From contig CAVWEH010000002.1 in NCBI GenBank assembly GCA_963753975.1, positions 384,001-448,000 on the forward strand: a stretch of 64,000 nucleotides of DNA, read 5' to 3'. Shown here piece by piece: positions 53,250 to 64,000 of the stretch (the first letter of the stretch is position 1; each line of letters starts with the position of its first letter). Made by a program: the position numbers and the translations under genes. The DNA comes from an uncultured delta proteobacterium (lineage in GTDB: Bacteria > Desulfobacterota > Syntrophia > Syntrophales > Smithellaceae). The notes beneath the pieces were generated by a model. That model did not search any database. It was not told where the DNA came from and saw only the letters and a list, made by a program, of their open reading frames with translations.

Positions 53250-56200
53250 ATGACAAAAGAAGCCCGTTCTACAAAGAGCAATTCAAAATCTAAAACCAGC
53301 AAGCCGCAATCCCTCAAAGTATTGATAGTTGAGGATTCGGAAGACGATGCTTTACTGCTGATCCGCGAGCTGAAAAAAGGCGGCTACAATCCGGTGTATG
53401 AACGAGTGGAAACCGCTGCCGCAATGAAAAAAGCCCTCCAGGAGAAGCAGTGGGACATCATTCTTTGCGATCATAAACTGCCGAAATTCAATGCTCCTTC
53501 AGCCATTGCCGTATTAAAGGAAACAAACATCGACATTCCTCTCATCATCGTGTCGGGCGCTATCAGCGAAGAAACGGCTGCGGAAGGCATGCGTTTAGGC
53601 GCCCATGACTATATCATGAAGAATAACCTATCGCGTCTCTGCCCCGTCATAGCCAGGGAGTTACAAGAGGCAGAAACAAGCAACAAGCAAAAACAGGCAG
53701 AGGAAACAATCCTCCACAGCGAGAAACGGTTTAAAGCATTGTATCAGGAAAGTCCTATTCCAACATTCACCTGGCAAAAAAAAGGAGACAACTTCTTCCT
53801 TGTAGATTTCAACAGCGCCGCTATCCTGTTCACAAAAGGTAAAGCGGTCACCTATAGGGGAAAGAGTGCACAGGAGCTGTACCGGGAAAGACCGGAGATT
53901 ATCGATGACATGCTTCGCTGCTTTAAAGAACAATCCACCATTAGCAAGGAACTTGTTTCTCAACACTTTGTACCAAGAAGACTCCTATCCGTTTATTATT
54001 CGTACATTCCCCCGGATTTGATTATTGTCCATATGGAGGACATCACCGAGCGCAAGCGGGCAGAGGAGGCTTTACGCGAGAGCGAAGAACGTTACCGCAG
54101 AATTGTGGACAACTCGTTGATGGGCATAGGTATTTCTTGCGGAAACCAAGTCATCTTTGCCAACCCAGCTTTGTTGCGTCTGTTCGGTTACAACGATCTC
54201 GATGAATTTATCAAGATTCCCTTGCTCAATCATGTTGCGTCAGCATCACACGAATTTATTGCCGCCCGAATGGAAAAGATTGCCCAAGGGAAACCGGTAC
54301 CAGACGAGTTTGAGTACGATATCATCCGCAAAGACGGGCTAACCAGAACCTTGCTGGCAAGCAGCCAACGCTTTACGTTGGAGGGCAAGGCATACGCTCA
54401 AACTATATTCCAAGATATCACCGAGCGCAAGCGGGCAGAGGAAGCGTTAGCCAAGAGTGAAGAAAAATTCCGCAAGGCCTTTTATACCAGCCCGGACTCT
54501 GTGAACATCAACCGCCTCGAAGACGGTATGTATATCTCAATTAATCCAGGATTTAGCAAAATTATGGGGTATACGGAAGCGGACATCATCGGAAAGACCT
54601 CAGCAGAATATAATATTTGGGCCAATATCGAGGACAGGCGAAAGCTGGTAGCCGGATTAAAAAAAGGCGGAGAGGTCATTAACCTTGAAGCCGCTTTTCG
54701 AACAAAGACCGGTGAAATCCGCTATGGATTGATGTCCGCTTCCTTGATTGATCTTAATGGTGTACCCCATATTCTCAACATTACCCGGGACATTACTGAT
54801 CGCAAGCAGGCGGAAGAAGCACTGCGCTTGAGCGAAGAGAAGTATCGCCTCGTCGTAGAGAACGCGAGGGAAGCTATCATCATTACACAGGATGTGAAGA
54901 TACTCTTTGTCAATCGCGTCGCTATCGACATGATAGGATATTCCAATGACATATCAACATCCAAACCTTTTACAGACTTTATTCATCCCGATGATCGCGA
55001 TATGGTGGTCGATAATCATATAAGGAGAATAAAAGGTGAGGAAGTTCCACCTGTTTATTCTTTCAGGGTTATTAGCCAAGATGGAACTGTAATATGGGTT
55101 GAACTTAATGCGACTCTTATTCAATGGAAGGAAAGACCCGCTACCCTGAATTTTCTGAATAATATTACCGAGCGCAAAAAGGCGGAGGAGGAACTGCGGA
55201 AAAGTGAAGAAAACTTTCGCCGTTCCCTAGATGACTCCCCGTTGGGCATCCGCATAGTGACCGCGGAAGGTGAAACAATTTATGCCAACCGGGCGATTCT
55301 GGATATCTATGGCTACGATAGCGTTGAAGAACTGAAAAAAGTACCCCTTAGGCAACGTTATACGCCGGAGAGTTATGCTGATTTTCAGATAAGAAATGAA
55401 AAAAGAAGGCAGGGTAAGTTTAGTCCTTCAGAATATGCAATAAGAATCTTGAGAAAAAACGGCGAAATCCGGCATGTTCAGGTTTTCCGTAAGGAAGTCA
55501 TTTGGAACGGCGTAAAACAGTTTCAGGTTATTTACCATGATATTACCGAACAAAAGCGAATCGAGGAAGAACTGAAAAAGAGCGAGGAAAAATACTGGCT
55601 CACCTTTTCCAGCACCTCGGATGTCATTTTTACAGTGGATTCTGAATTAAAAGTTTCCAATATCACTCCCAGTGTCGAAAAAATTTTAGGCTATAAACCC
55701 GAAGAATTGCTCAACCAGCCTTTTAAAAATTTAAATCTTATGACTCCCGAATCCAGGGAAAGAGCAATTGCTAATGTGATGCGAGTATTATCGGGCGAGG
55801 ACGTTCCAATCACTGTTTATGAATTTATAACGAAAGATGGCATACGAGGAATAGGAGAGATAACCGGCTCACCCATTATTCAAGAAAATAAAATTATCGG
55901 TGTCACCTGCGTTGCCAGAGACGTCACCGAGCGCAAGCGGGCGGAGGAAGAAAGAGAAAAGCTGCAGGCGCAGCTTCTCCAGTCCCAGAAGATGGAGTCG
56001 GTAGGACGGCTGGCAGGCGGCGTTGCCCACGATTTCAACAACATTCTCACCACTATCCTTGGCCGTACGGCACTGGCGATGAAGCGCTGCAAACCAACCG
56101 GGCCTATCCATGCCCATCTCAAGGCAATTGAGAAATCCACCCTCCGTTCCGCTGACCTCATCCGGCAGTTGCTGGCCTTTGCCCGCAAGCAGACCGTGGC

Positions 56201-57113
56201 ACCCAAAGTTTTGGACTTGAACGACACCGTGGCGAATATGCTCAAAATTATCCAGCCGTTGATCGGCGAGGATATTAATTTTGCCTGGATACCAGGCGCG
56301 AACGTGTGGCCGGTCAAGATCGATCCCACCCAGATCGACCAACTTCTGGCTAATCTTTGCGTCAATGCCCGCGACGCAATCTCTGGGGTGGGCAGAATCG
56401 CCATCGAGACCGAGAACGCCGTCTTCGATGATGCCTATTGTACTGTGCATCATGGTTTTAACCCCGGAGAATATGCAACGTTGGCAGTGAGCGACGACGG
56501 TTGCGGAATGGACAAGGATGTCCTTGATCATATCTTCGAGCCGTTCTTTACTACCAAGGAGGTCGGAAGGGGCACCGGCCTAGGTCTTGCCACAGTGTAC
56601 GGTATCGCTAAGCAAAACGAGGGATTCATCAACGTATACAGTGAACCTGGAAAGGGTTCAACCTTCAAGATCTACCTGCCTCGATTTGTGGGGGAGGCCA
56701 TGGAACCAACGGTCGAAAGTACTGCGGAAACGCCCAAAGGTCGTGGGGAGACGGTGCTACTGGTGGAGGACGATGTGGAGATTCGGGACGTTAGCCAAAT
56801 AATGCTGGAACAATTGGGTTATAAGGTGCTGACTGCCAGCACGCCGGGCGAAGCGCTCCGTCAAGCTAAAGACAAAACAGCTGAAATAGAGTTGCTGATT
56901 ACCGATGTGGTTATGCCGGAGATGAATGGTCGGGACCTGGCGAAATTGCTCGGCGAGATCAGGCCAGGCCTCAAATGCCTTTTCGCATCCGGTTATACAG
57001 CCAATATTATCGCTCACCAGGGCATTCTGGACGAAGGCGTGCATTTCCTTAAGAAACCATTCTCTATAAAAGATCTGGCGATCAAAGTTCGCCAGGCGTT
57101 GGAGCAAGAATAG
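53250..57113 (+). CDS. Hybrid sensor kinase REC-6xPAS-HisKA-HATPase-REC (cytoplasmic)
   Basis: N-terminal receiver (VLIVED, ILCD), PAS repeats ending DITERK, GGVAHDFNN, GRGTGLGL, C-terminal receiver (LLITD, KP). Confidence 0.94.
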   Translation: MTKEARSTKSNSKSKTSKPQSLKVLIVEDSEDDALLLIRELKKGGYNPVYERVETAAAMKKALQEKQWDIILCDHKLPKFNAPSAIAVLKETNIDIPLIIVSGAISEETAAEGMRLGAHDYIMKNNLSRLCPVIARELQEAETSNKQKQAEETILHSEKRFKALYQESPIPTFTWQKKGDNFFLVDFNSAAILFTKGKAVTYRGKSAQELYRERPEIIDDMLRCFKEQSTISKELVSQHFVPRRLLSVYYSYIPPDLIIVHMEDITERKRAEEALRESEERYRRIVDNSLMGIGISCGNQVIFANPALLRLFGYNDLDEFIKIPLLNHVASASHEFIAARMEKIAQGKPVPDEFEYDIIRKDGLTRTLLASSQRFTLEGKAYAQTIFQDITERKRAEEALAKSEEKFRKAFYTSPDSVNINRLEDGMYISINPGFSKIMGYTEADIIGKTSAEYNIWANIEDRRKLVAGLKKGGEVINLEAAFRTKTGEIRYGLMSASLIDLNGVPHILNITRDITDRKQAEEALRLSEEKYRLVVENAREAIIITQDVKILFVNRVAIDMIGYSNDISTSKPFTDFIHPDDRDMVVDNHIRRIKGEEVPPVYSFRVISQDGTVIWVELNATLIQWKERPATLNFLNNITERKKAEEELRKSEENFRRSLDDSPLGIRIVTAEGETIYANRAILDIYGYDSVEELKKVPLRQRYTPESYADFQIRNEKRRQGKFSPSEYAIRILRKNGEIRHVQVFRKEVIWNGVKQFQVIYHDITEQKRIEEELKKSEEKYWLTFSSTSDVIFTVDSELKVSNITPSVEKILGYKPEELLNQPFKNLNLMTPESRERAIANVMRVLSGEDVPITVYEFITKDGIRGIGEITGSPIIQENKIIGVTCVARDVTERKRAEEEREKLQAQLLQSQKMESVGRLAGGVAHDFNNILTTILGRTALAMKRCKPTGPIHAHLKAIEKSTLRSADLIRQLLAFARKQTVAPKVLDLNDTVANMLKIIQPLIGEDINFAWIPGANVWPVKIDPTQIDQLLANLCVNARDAISGVGRIAIETENAVFDDAYCTVHHGFNPGEYATLAVSDDGCGMDKDVLDHIFEPFFTTKEVGRGTGLGLATVYGIAKQNEGFINVYSEPGKGSTFKIYLPRFVGEAMEPTVESTAETPKGRGETVLLVEDDVEIRDVSQIMLEQLGYKVLTASTPGEALRQAKDKTAEIELLITDVVMPEMNGRDLAKLLGEIRPGLKCLFASGYTANIIAHQGILDEGVHFLKKPFSIKDLAIKVRQALEQE

Positions 57114-57384
57114 GTGCACGGTATCGCCGAACAATACAAAGAGATCATCGAGGAGCTGTATAAAAGCGGAGAGTAGCCCGTTCTTTAAATGATCCGTGAT
57201 ATAACAATCGGGGCTGTATGTTACTTCCTGAAATGTTGTTTTCTAATTTTACCTGCCATAAAGCATTTCAAACGTAAATCATTGAAATATTTATTCACTA
57301 TACCTGTTTCTTTGTCGGTGAAATCAACAACCGAACAGTACTTGATTGGACAATATCTGCAAAATCGAATATAGATCACTGGAT

Positions 57385-58741
57385 ATGGGCAAAAAGATTC
57401 TTCTCATCAACCCCTGGATTCACGACTTCGCGGCCTATGATTTCTGGCTGAAACCTCTGGGGCTTCTATATTTAGGCGGCCTTTTGCGTCAAAACGGCCA
57501 CCAGGTTCATTTTATCGACTGCCTCGACCCTTACCACCCGGCGATGCTGGCGAGAGGCCTCAAACAACCGCAGCGTCATCTCTACGGCCGGGGCAAATTC
57601 TTCCGACAGGTTATTCCCAAACCCGCGAGCTTAAAAATGATTCCGAAAAATTATTGCCGTTATGGAATTCTGCCGGAAATTTTTCGCGAGGAGCTAAGAA
57701 GCCGTCAAAATATGGACATCGTTTTAATCACTTCGATGATGACATACTGGTATCCCGGAGTTTTTGAGGCAATTAAAATAATCAAAGAAGCATTGCCTTC
57801 CGTTCCCATTGTGCTGGGCGGTAAGTACGCAACCTTGTGCCCGGAACACGCCGCAAAATATTCCGGTGCTGATTTTGTGATTTCCGGCGCGGGAGAAGAA
57901 CCAAATTCTTGCAATTGCTGCAAGGATTTATTTGACGAAGAACCATCTTTTATACCCGATGAGTGAAAACCTTGATTCTCTTCCCTACCCCGCTTTCGAC
58001 TTAATCCGCAAAATCGACCAACTACCCATTACCACATCGCGCGGCTGTCCGTATCGCTGCAGTTACTGCTCCTCGCCTATACTCAACAAAAAATTTATTC
58101 GGCGCGATCCGATTAAAGTCGCCGATGAAATCGAACACTGGCAGAAAAAATCCGGCGTGAAGAATTTCAGTTTTTACGATGACGCTCTCCTCGTTGAACC
58201 GGATAAAATGATTATCCCGCTGTTAAATGAACTCCATAAACGAAATTTGTCCTGCCAGTTCCATTGCCCGAACGGATTACATCTGAGGGAAATCAATCCG
58301 GAGTTAAGCGAATTACTTTTTCAGTCCGGTTTTGAGACAATTCGCTTCGGTTTTGAAACAGCCGATTTCCGGAGACAAAAGCAAACAGGCGGCAAAGTCA
58401 AAAATGAAGAATTAGTAAATGGCGTGCGCTTCTTAAAAAAAGCAGGCTATAAAACCGATGATATAGGAATTTATCTTCTCTGTGGCCTGCCGAATCAGAG
58501 CGCGGCAGAAGTAAGGGAAAGCATCGATTTTGTTCAAAAATGCGGCGCCAAGCCGCTTCTTGCCGAATATTCCCCCATTCCCGGCACAAAGATATGGGCA
58601 GAAGCTGTAACCGCTTCCCCCTTTGACATTCAGAACGAACCGCTATATCATAACAATTCAATGCTTGTCTGCCGGAGCGATGATTTTAGCTTTGCCGCAT
58701 ATACGGAGCTTAAAGCGGCGCTAAGAAAGAAGAGTAATTAA
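57385..58741 (+). CDS. B12-binding-domain radical SAM protein, disrupted by clustered +1 indels at ~57900-57965
   Basis: LLINPWIHDFAAYD, PLGLLY, TSRGCPYRCSYC (CxxxCxxC). Confidence 0.88.
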
Positions 58742-58758
58742 GAAGGCTGTGTTTAATA

Positions 58759-58998
58759 ATGACTATTCTTATCTGGATTAAAAATATTGCTATCCTGTTT
58801 ATTTCTTTGTTTTTTCTGATTAGCGGCATTAATACATTGCTCGGCGCGTATAAGCTGAACGATCCGCAGGTGTTTTTGATGTATTTTTTTTCCGCTTCCC
58901 TTTTAATTTTAGTTTGTATTGTCGGGATCATCTACTTTTTCGTTCGCTTACTTCCCCAAAAACAACAAAATGGAATTGATAAAGATGAAGCAAAATAA
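58759..58998 (+). CDS. Small 2-TM hypothetical protein
   Basis: Two hydrophobic helices; fills the operon gap and overlaps the next start. Confidence 0.7.
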   Translation: MTILIWIKNIAILFISLFFLISGINTLLGAYKLNDPQVFLMYFFSASLLILVCIVGIIYFFVRLLPQKQQNGIDKDEAK

Positions 58999-60481
58999 TA
59001 TTGCCCGCTTTGTTTTTGTGTTCGCGGCTGTTTTTTTACTTTTCGGCCATTCTTACGGATTTGATCTGGAAAAAAGGGTTGTTAAAGCCAAGCTGAAAAA
59101 CGGCTTAACCGTGCTGATGCTGGAGCGGCATTTAAGCCCCACTGTCTCTCTCTACATCCGGCATCGCGTCGGTTCCGTAGACGAAACTGCCGGCGAAAGC
59201 GGCGCCGCCCATCTACTGGAGCATATGATGTTCAAGGGTACCACAACTATCGGCGCTAAAAATTACCCTGTCGAAAAAAAGATTCTGGATGAGATCGAAA
59301 AAGCAGGCACTGCCCTCGACAAAGAAAAACTAAAAGGCCAAAAGGCCGATCCGAAAATTATTCAAGAACTATCCCAAAAGCTAAAGAAACTGCAGGAGCA
59401 ATGCAAAAAATATTTCATTCCCAACGAAATCGATCGTCTCTACACGAAAACGGCGGATTGGATATGAACGCCTCCACCGGCCAGGATGTTACGACTTATC
59501 AGGTCAGCCTGCCCGCCAATAAAATCGAGCTCTGGGCAAGAATTGAAGCGGATCGCTTGCTCCATCCCGTCTTTCGCGATTTCTTACACAGAACGCGATG
59601 TGGTAATGGAGGAAAGAAGGCAGCGCGTCGAAGCCGACCCCGAAGGTAAATTGTACGAACATTTTTTAAGCACTGCTTATGAAATACATCCTTACGGAAG
59701 GCCGATACTGGGCTGGACTCGAGATATAATGCATTTAAGCCCGGCAGCGGTAAAGAAAATCTTCGCCGAATATAGAGCGCCGGATAGTATTGTGATTGCC
59801 GTGGTCGGCGATATCAATCCGCGGGATACATTAAAAATAATTGAAAAATATTTCGGCCGGATTCCGGCGAACTCTGAAAAGAAAAATGTGGTCCCGGCGG
59901 AGCCTCCGCAAACCGCAGAAAGAAAAGTGGAAGTTATCTTCGATGCCAGTCCCATGATGATTATCGGCTATCACAAACCCACGGCTCCCGCCTACGACGA
60001 CTACGTTTTCGACGTTCTGGAAACAATCCTGACCACAGGCAGAACGAGCAGATTATATAATTTACTGGTAACGAAAATGGGTATCGCGGAAAGCGTGGAC
60101 GCTTCCAACGGCGTACCGGCGACAAGGTATCCCAACCTTTTTACGATTTTTGCCAAGCCCCGTTACCCCCATACCAATACGGAACTCGAAGAAGTTATTT
60201 TTCGCGAAATAGAAAAAATTAAAACTCAGCCGGTAACGGATACGGAGCTGGCCCAAGCGAAAAATCAGCTCAGAATGGATTATATTAAAAATCTTGATTC
60301 CAACAGCGAACTGGCCTCAATGTTATCTTATTATGAATTATTGCTGGGCGATTACAGATATATATCCAATTATTTAAATATTATTGATAAGGTTTCGGCG
60401 GAAGACATCCAAGGGGCGGCTAAACTTTATTTAAATAAAGAAAATTGTACGATCGCCGAATTAATTAAGAAAAAGGATTAA
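58985..60481 (+). CDS. M16 (pitrilysin) zinc peptidase, catalytic subunit; compensating -1/+1 indels (~59446, ~59584)
   Basis: LKNGL, AHLLEHMMFKG (HxxEH), NAST, ERDVVMEE, HPYGRP, SRLY. Confidence 0.9.
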
Positions 60482-60493
60482 ACGCGGACTTTT

Positions 60494-61942
60494 ATGACCA
60501 AAGAAAAAATCATTAATCTATCGACAGAATTCGTCCTCCTAGCTGTCTTTTTCTTCCTGCTGGCGGGAGGCGTTGCGCCCGCAGCAGTAGCGGCCGATAG
60601 CCTATTCGCCAATCCTGACAAAATTAAATACCCGCCGCTGAAATTTAATTTGCCGCAGGTGCAGCGGGTTCTCTTGAATAACGGCATTGTTCTGTATATT
60701 CTGGAAGACCATGAACTGCCGCTGGTTAATATCAACGCCGTCATTAGAACCGGAACAATGTATGACCCGGAAGGCAAGGAAGGCGTTGCCGAATTGACCG
60801 CCTATATGATGAGAACCGGAGGCACGGAAAAGTTAGATAGCGCGGAAATTGACTCTCGCCTTGATTTTATGGCCGCGTCGGCAGCAATAACAATGTCCCT
60901 GGATTCAGCTCAGGTCGGTTTTTCCGTTTTAAACAAAGACCTGGACCGGGGGCTCGATCTTTTGGCACAAATAATTATTCAGCCCGCTTTTGAACAAAAA
61001 AAGTTCGAGCTGGCGGTGCAATTAAAGAATGAAGATCTGCGCAGATTACAGGATGAGCCGCAAAGACTGGCTTTCCGGGAATTCAACCGCCTTATTTACC
61101 GCGGCGATCCGCGCGGCCGCTTTGCCTCCATCAAATCGCTGGCTAATATCGATCGCGATGATTTGATCAAATTTCACCGTCGTTTTTTTGAGCCCAATAA
61201 TATTATGTTTGCCGTAACCGGAGACATAACCAGGCAGCAGGCGATAGATAAATTAAGCCATTATTTTGGAAGCTGGAAGGCCGAAAACTCTCCTATCCCG
61301 ACGGCTCCGCCGCCGCAGCATTCCAATGCCGGGCTTTATTACATCAACAAAGAAATTCCTCAATCCACTATCATCACCGGCCAATTCGCCCCCGGCAAAA
61401 CCGACCATGATCTTTATACATTTACTGTTCTCGATTTTATAACCGGGAGCGGCGGTTTCCCCTCGCGAATTTTCAACGCCGTGCGTAATAACGAAGGCCT
61501 GGCCTACAGCGCCGGCAGTTTTTACCGGGCCAGACCAACGTACGGAGTTTTCGGCACTTATGCGTTGACGAAAACATCCACAACGCTCAAAACCCTCGCA
61601 TTGATTAATTCCGTGCTGGACAATATTAAATCCGACACCATAACCGGAAAAGAACTGGCCTGGGCCCAAACATCGATCAATAACGGCTTTATTTTTTCTT
61701 TTACCAGCGCCGAAAAGATCGCAGACCAGCAAATGAACATCGAATACGAAAAATTACCGGCGGATTATCTCGTGAATTACCGCGAAAGAATAGAAAAGGT
61801 AACCCTGAAAGATGTCAACAGAGTCGCCTCAAAATATCTGGATAAAACGAAAACAGCGGTTTTAATCCTGGGTGACAGCAAAAATTTCGACGAACCTTTA
61901 ACCAAATTCGGTCGGCCTATTTTAATAACCCCCGAGGAATAG
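60494..61942 (+). CDS. M16 peptidase non-catalytic partner subunit
   Basis: LNNGI, no HxxEH, SRI..VRNNEGLAY (R/Y pair). Confidence 0.88.
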   Translation: MTKEKIINLSTEFVLLAVFFFLLAGGVAPAAVAADSLFANPDKIKYPPLKFNLPQVQRVLLNNGIVLYILEDHELPLVNINAVIRTGTMYDPEGKEGVAELTAYMMRTGGTEKLDSAEIDSRLDFMAASAAITMSLDSAQVGFSVLNKDLDRGLDLLAQIIIQPAFEQKKFELAVQLKNEDLRRLQDEPQRLAFREFNRLIYRGDPRGRFASIKSLANIDRDDLIKFHRRFFEPNNIMFAVTGDITRQQAIDKLSHYFGSWKAENSPIPTAPPPQHSNAGLYYINKEIPQSTIITGQFAPGKTDHDLYTFTVLDFITGSGGFPSRIFNAVRNNEGLAYSAGSFYRARPTYGVFGTYALTKTSTTLKTLALINSVLDNIKSDTITGKELAWAQTSINNGFIFSFTSAEKIADQQMNIEYEKLPADYLVNYRERIEKVTLKDVNRVASKYLDKTKTAVLILGDSKNFDEPLTKFGRPILITPEE

Positions 61943-61963
61943 TTTTCCTTAAAAGATCCCCCT

Positions 61964-63205
61964 ATGATTAATCCGGATAAATTTAAACAAATCACTCAAA
62001 GAATCGATTCCTACCGCGAGGCAATGATCGAACTGCAAATAGCTCTCAGCGCCGTTCCTGCCGTCGGGCCGGAAAACGGCGGCGAGGGCGAATTATTGAA
62101 GGCTAATCTACTGGAAAAACAGCTGCAGGAATTAGGCTTCAAAAATTTCCGGCATTATGATGCCCCGGATAAAAGCGTCCCCTCCGGCATCCGGCCGAAT
62201 TTCGTAACGACAATCGAAGGCAAAAATAAAACCCGCTTTGTCTGGATTATAACTCATCTGGATATAGTTCCTCCGGGAGAAATCAAGCTTTGGACAAGCG
62301 ATCCATATAAAGCTTACGTAAAAGACGGCTATATTTACGGCCGCGGCGTGGAAGACAATCAGCAGGATATGGTCGCCTCCATTTTTGCCGCCAAGGCAAT
62401 TTTGGATGAAGGAATCACATCGTCTAATTCCATCGGCCTGGCTTTTGTTGCCGACGAGGAAACATCCAGCAAAATGGGCGCCTGTTATATGTTGGATCGC
62501 GCCGATCAGCCGTTTCACCTCGCTGATTTAATTGTCGTTCCCGATTCCGGAAATCTTCAGGGAACATTAATTGAAGTCGCTGAAAAAAGCATGCTCTGGC
62601 TTTCTTTTAAAACAAAGGGGAAACAATGCCACGGCAGCAATCCGCAACTGGGCAATAACGCCTTTGTCGCGGCATCTTATCTGGTGACAAAACTGGCGGC
62701 ACTAAAAAAATCCTTTCCTCAGTCCGATCCGCTTTTCGATCCTCCCGCCAGCACCTTCGAACCGACGAAAAAAGAAGCCAATGTCGCGAACATCAATACG
62801 ATCCCCGGCGAAGATGTTTTTTACATGGACTGCCGCGTCCTTCCCGATTATCCGCTGGAGGACGTTATGGCGGCGATAAAAAAGACTATCGGCGGCATCG
62901 AAAAGAAATTCAAAGTACAAATCGAAATATCTCCCGTCCAATACCTGCAATCGCCAAAACCGACCTCTCCTATCGCTCCCGTCGTCCGGGCGCTCGCCGC
63001 AGCCATCCAGACTGTTTACGGAATAGAAGCTTTTGCCGGCGGAGTCGGCGCCGGAACCCTGGCCGCTTATTTTCGCCAGATGAATTTTCCAGTCGCTGTC
63101 TGGTCCAAAAACAACCAAACGGCTCATCAGCCGGATGAAAACTGCCTGATCGACAACATGATCGGCAATGCCAAAGTCTTTGCCCACTTGTTTTTGCAAG
63201 AGTGA
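61964..63205 (+). CDS. M20 family metallo-hydrolase (DapE/ArgE-related)
   Basis: THLDIVP, GRGVEDN, ADEE, AHQPDE. Confidence 0.9.
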   Translation: MINPDKFKQITQRIDSYREAMIELQIALSAVPAVGPENGGEGELLKANLLEKQLQELGFKNFRHYDAPDKSVPSGIRPNFVTTIEGKNKTRFVWIITHLDIVPPGEIKLWTSDPYKAYVKDGYIYGRGVEDNQQDMVASIFAAKAILDEGITSSNSIGLAFVADEETSSKMGACYMLDRADQPFHLADLIVVPDSGNLQGTLIEVAEKSMLWLSFKTKGKQCHGSNPQLGNNAFVAASYLVTKLAALKKSFPQSDPLFDPPASTFEPTKKEANVANINTIPGEDVFYMDCRVLPDYPLEDVMAAIKKTIGGIEKKFKVQIEISPVQYLQSPKPTSPIAPVVRALAAAIQTVYGIEAFAGGVGAGTLAAYFRQMNFPVAVWSKNNQTAHQPDENCLIDNMIGNAKVFAHLFLQE

Positions 63206-63298
63206 ATTGTGTTGCTTTGGATAAAGCTAAGTGATAGAAGCTCTCGCTTGATTTTAGGACAAAATAAGACGAATCGAAACAGGAGAGGTTGATAACTT

Positions 63299-64000
63299 TT
63301 GAAGCAAACAACTAAAAATGATTCCGTAGAGAAAATTTCTTTCGCCGATCACCATTTGCTGAAGAATCTCTGCGGCGAACATGATAAACATTTGAAATTC
63401 ATCGAGAATCTGGAACCAGTCCGGATAAGAGCCTGGGGAAATTGCATTTCCATTGAAGGCAATGAAGGCAACGTCCGCAAGATCAGCGCTCTCTTACAAC
63501 AGCTCTATTCGATAATGGAGAGGGGGTGGCAGATGCACACCTCCGATATCGATTACGCTCATCGCATTCTTTCCCAAGACGCAACCTTCGAATTAGCGCG
63601 GATATTTCTCGACACGGTTTTCATTTCTTCCAAAAAAAGGATAATTACGCCTAAAAGCATCGCGCAGAGTCTTTATATAGAATATATGAGAAAGTTCGAT
63701 ATGGTTTTCTCCATTGGGCCTGCTGGAACCGGTAAAACTTATCTGGCGATGGCCATGGCCGTATCTGCCTTACTGGAAAAGAAAGTCGAGCGTATAATTT
63801 TAGCGCGCCCCGCGGTGGAAGCAGGTGAGCGCTTGGGTTTTTTGCCGGGAGACCTGGCAGAAAAAGTTAACCCCTATCTTCGCCCCCTGTATGATGCACT
63901 CTACGATATGATGGACCTGGAAAGAGCGGGCACGCTGATCGATAAAGGATTGATTGAAGTCGCGCCTCTCGCTTTTATGCGCGGCAGGACTCTCAACGAT
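63299..64000 (+). CDS. phoH: PhoH family ATPase (runs off window end)
   Basis: Own translation from TTG 63299: GPAGTGKTYLA, RPAVEAGERLGFLPGD, PYLRPLYDAL, FMRGRTLND. Confidence 0.93.
   Translation, partial: MKQTTKNDSVEKISFADHHLLKNLCGEHDKHLKFIENLEPVRIRAWGNCISIEGNEGNVRKISALLQQLYSIMERGWQMHTSDIDYAHRILSQDATFELARIFLDTVFISSKKRIITPKSIAQSLYIEYMRKFDMVFSIGPAGTGKTYLAMAMAVSALLEKKVERIILARPAVEAGERLGFLPGDLAEKVNPYLRPLYDALYDMMDLERAGTLIDKGLIEVAPLAFMRGRTLND

Noticed and set aside
51040..57530. Duplicated segments (also 42602/43781) as DGR template/variable repeats
   Set aside because: Mismatches are mixed transitions rather than adenine-specific, and the repeats are at gene 5' ends.

Overview
Chromosomal window of an anaerobic bacterium. 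Gene content suggests a Desulfobacterota/Syntrophales (Smithella-like) organism, which is an inference. Housekeeping blocks: mltD, rrf2-nadA-metX-metW-ridA-MOSC, an RND pump, nifU-nifS-cysE, ssrA/smpB/ttcA/eno/plsB, PTS IID-HPr-EI, radical SAM, an M16 peptidase pair, an M20 hydrolase and phoH. Two accessory zones interrupt them. (1) A 2.5-kb integrase-less islet at the tmRNA 3' end (22387-24953), bounded by a 29-bp att repeat and paired arm-type-like repeats, carries three orphan membrane-anchored proteins. (2) A patchwork region (~35-57 kb) contains truncated, duplicated gene 5' ends and an AT-rich retron-like operon (44159-46180). That operon has a consensus promoter, a ~470-nt densely structured RNA with a candidate Shine-Dalgarno switch, a 93-aa orphan protein, an XRE HTH protein and a retron-type RT with YCDD. 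It is the best candidate for a novel system (type VI-like retron with an unusually large RNA). Six otherwise intact genes are split by single-base indels, nearly all insertions, which look like sequencing errors. All calls are by eye from motifs; no searches or folding programs were run.
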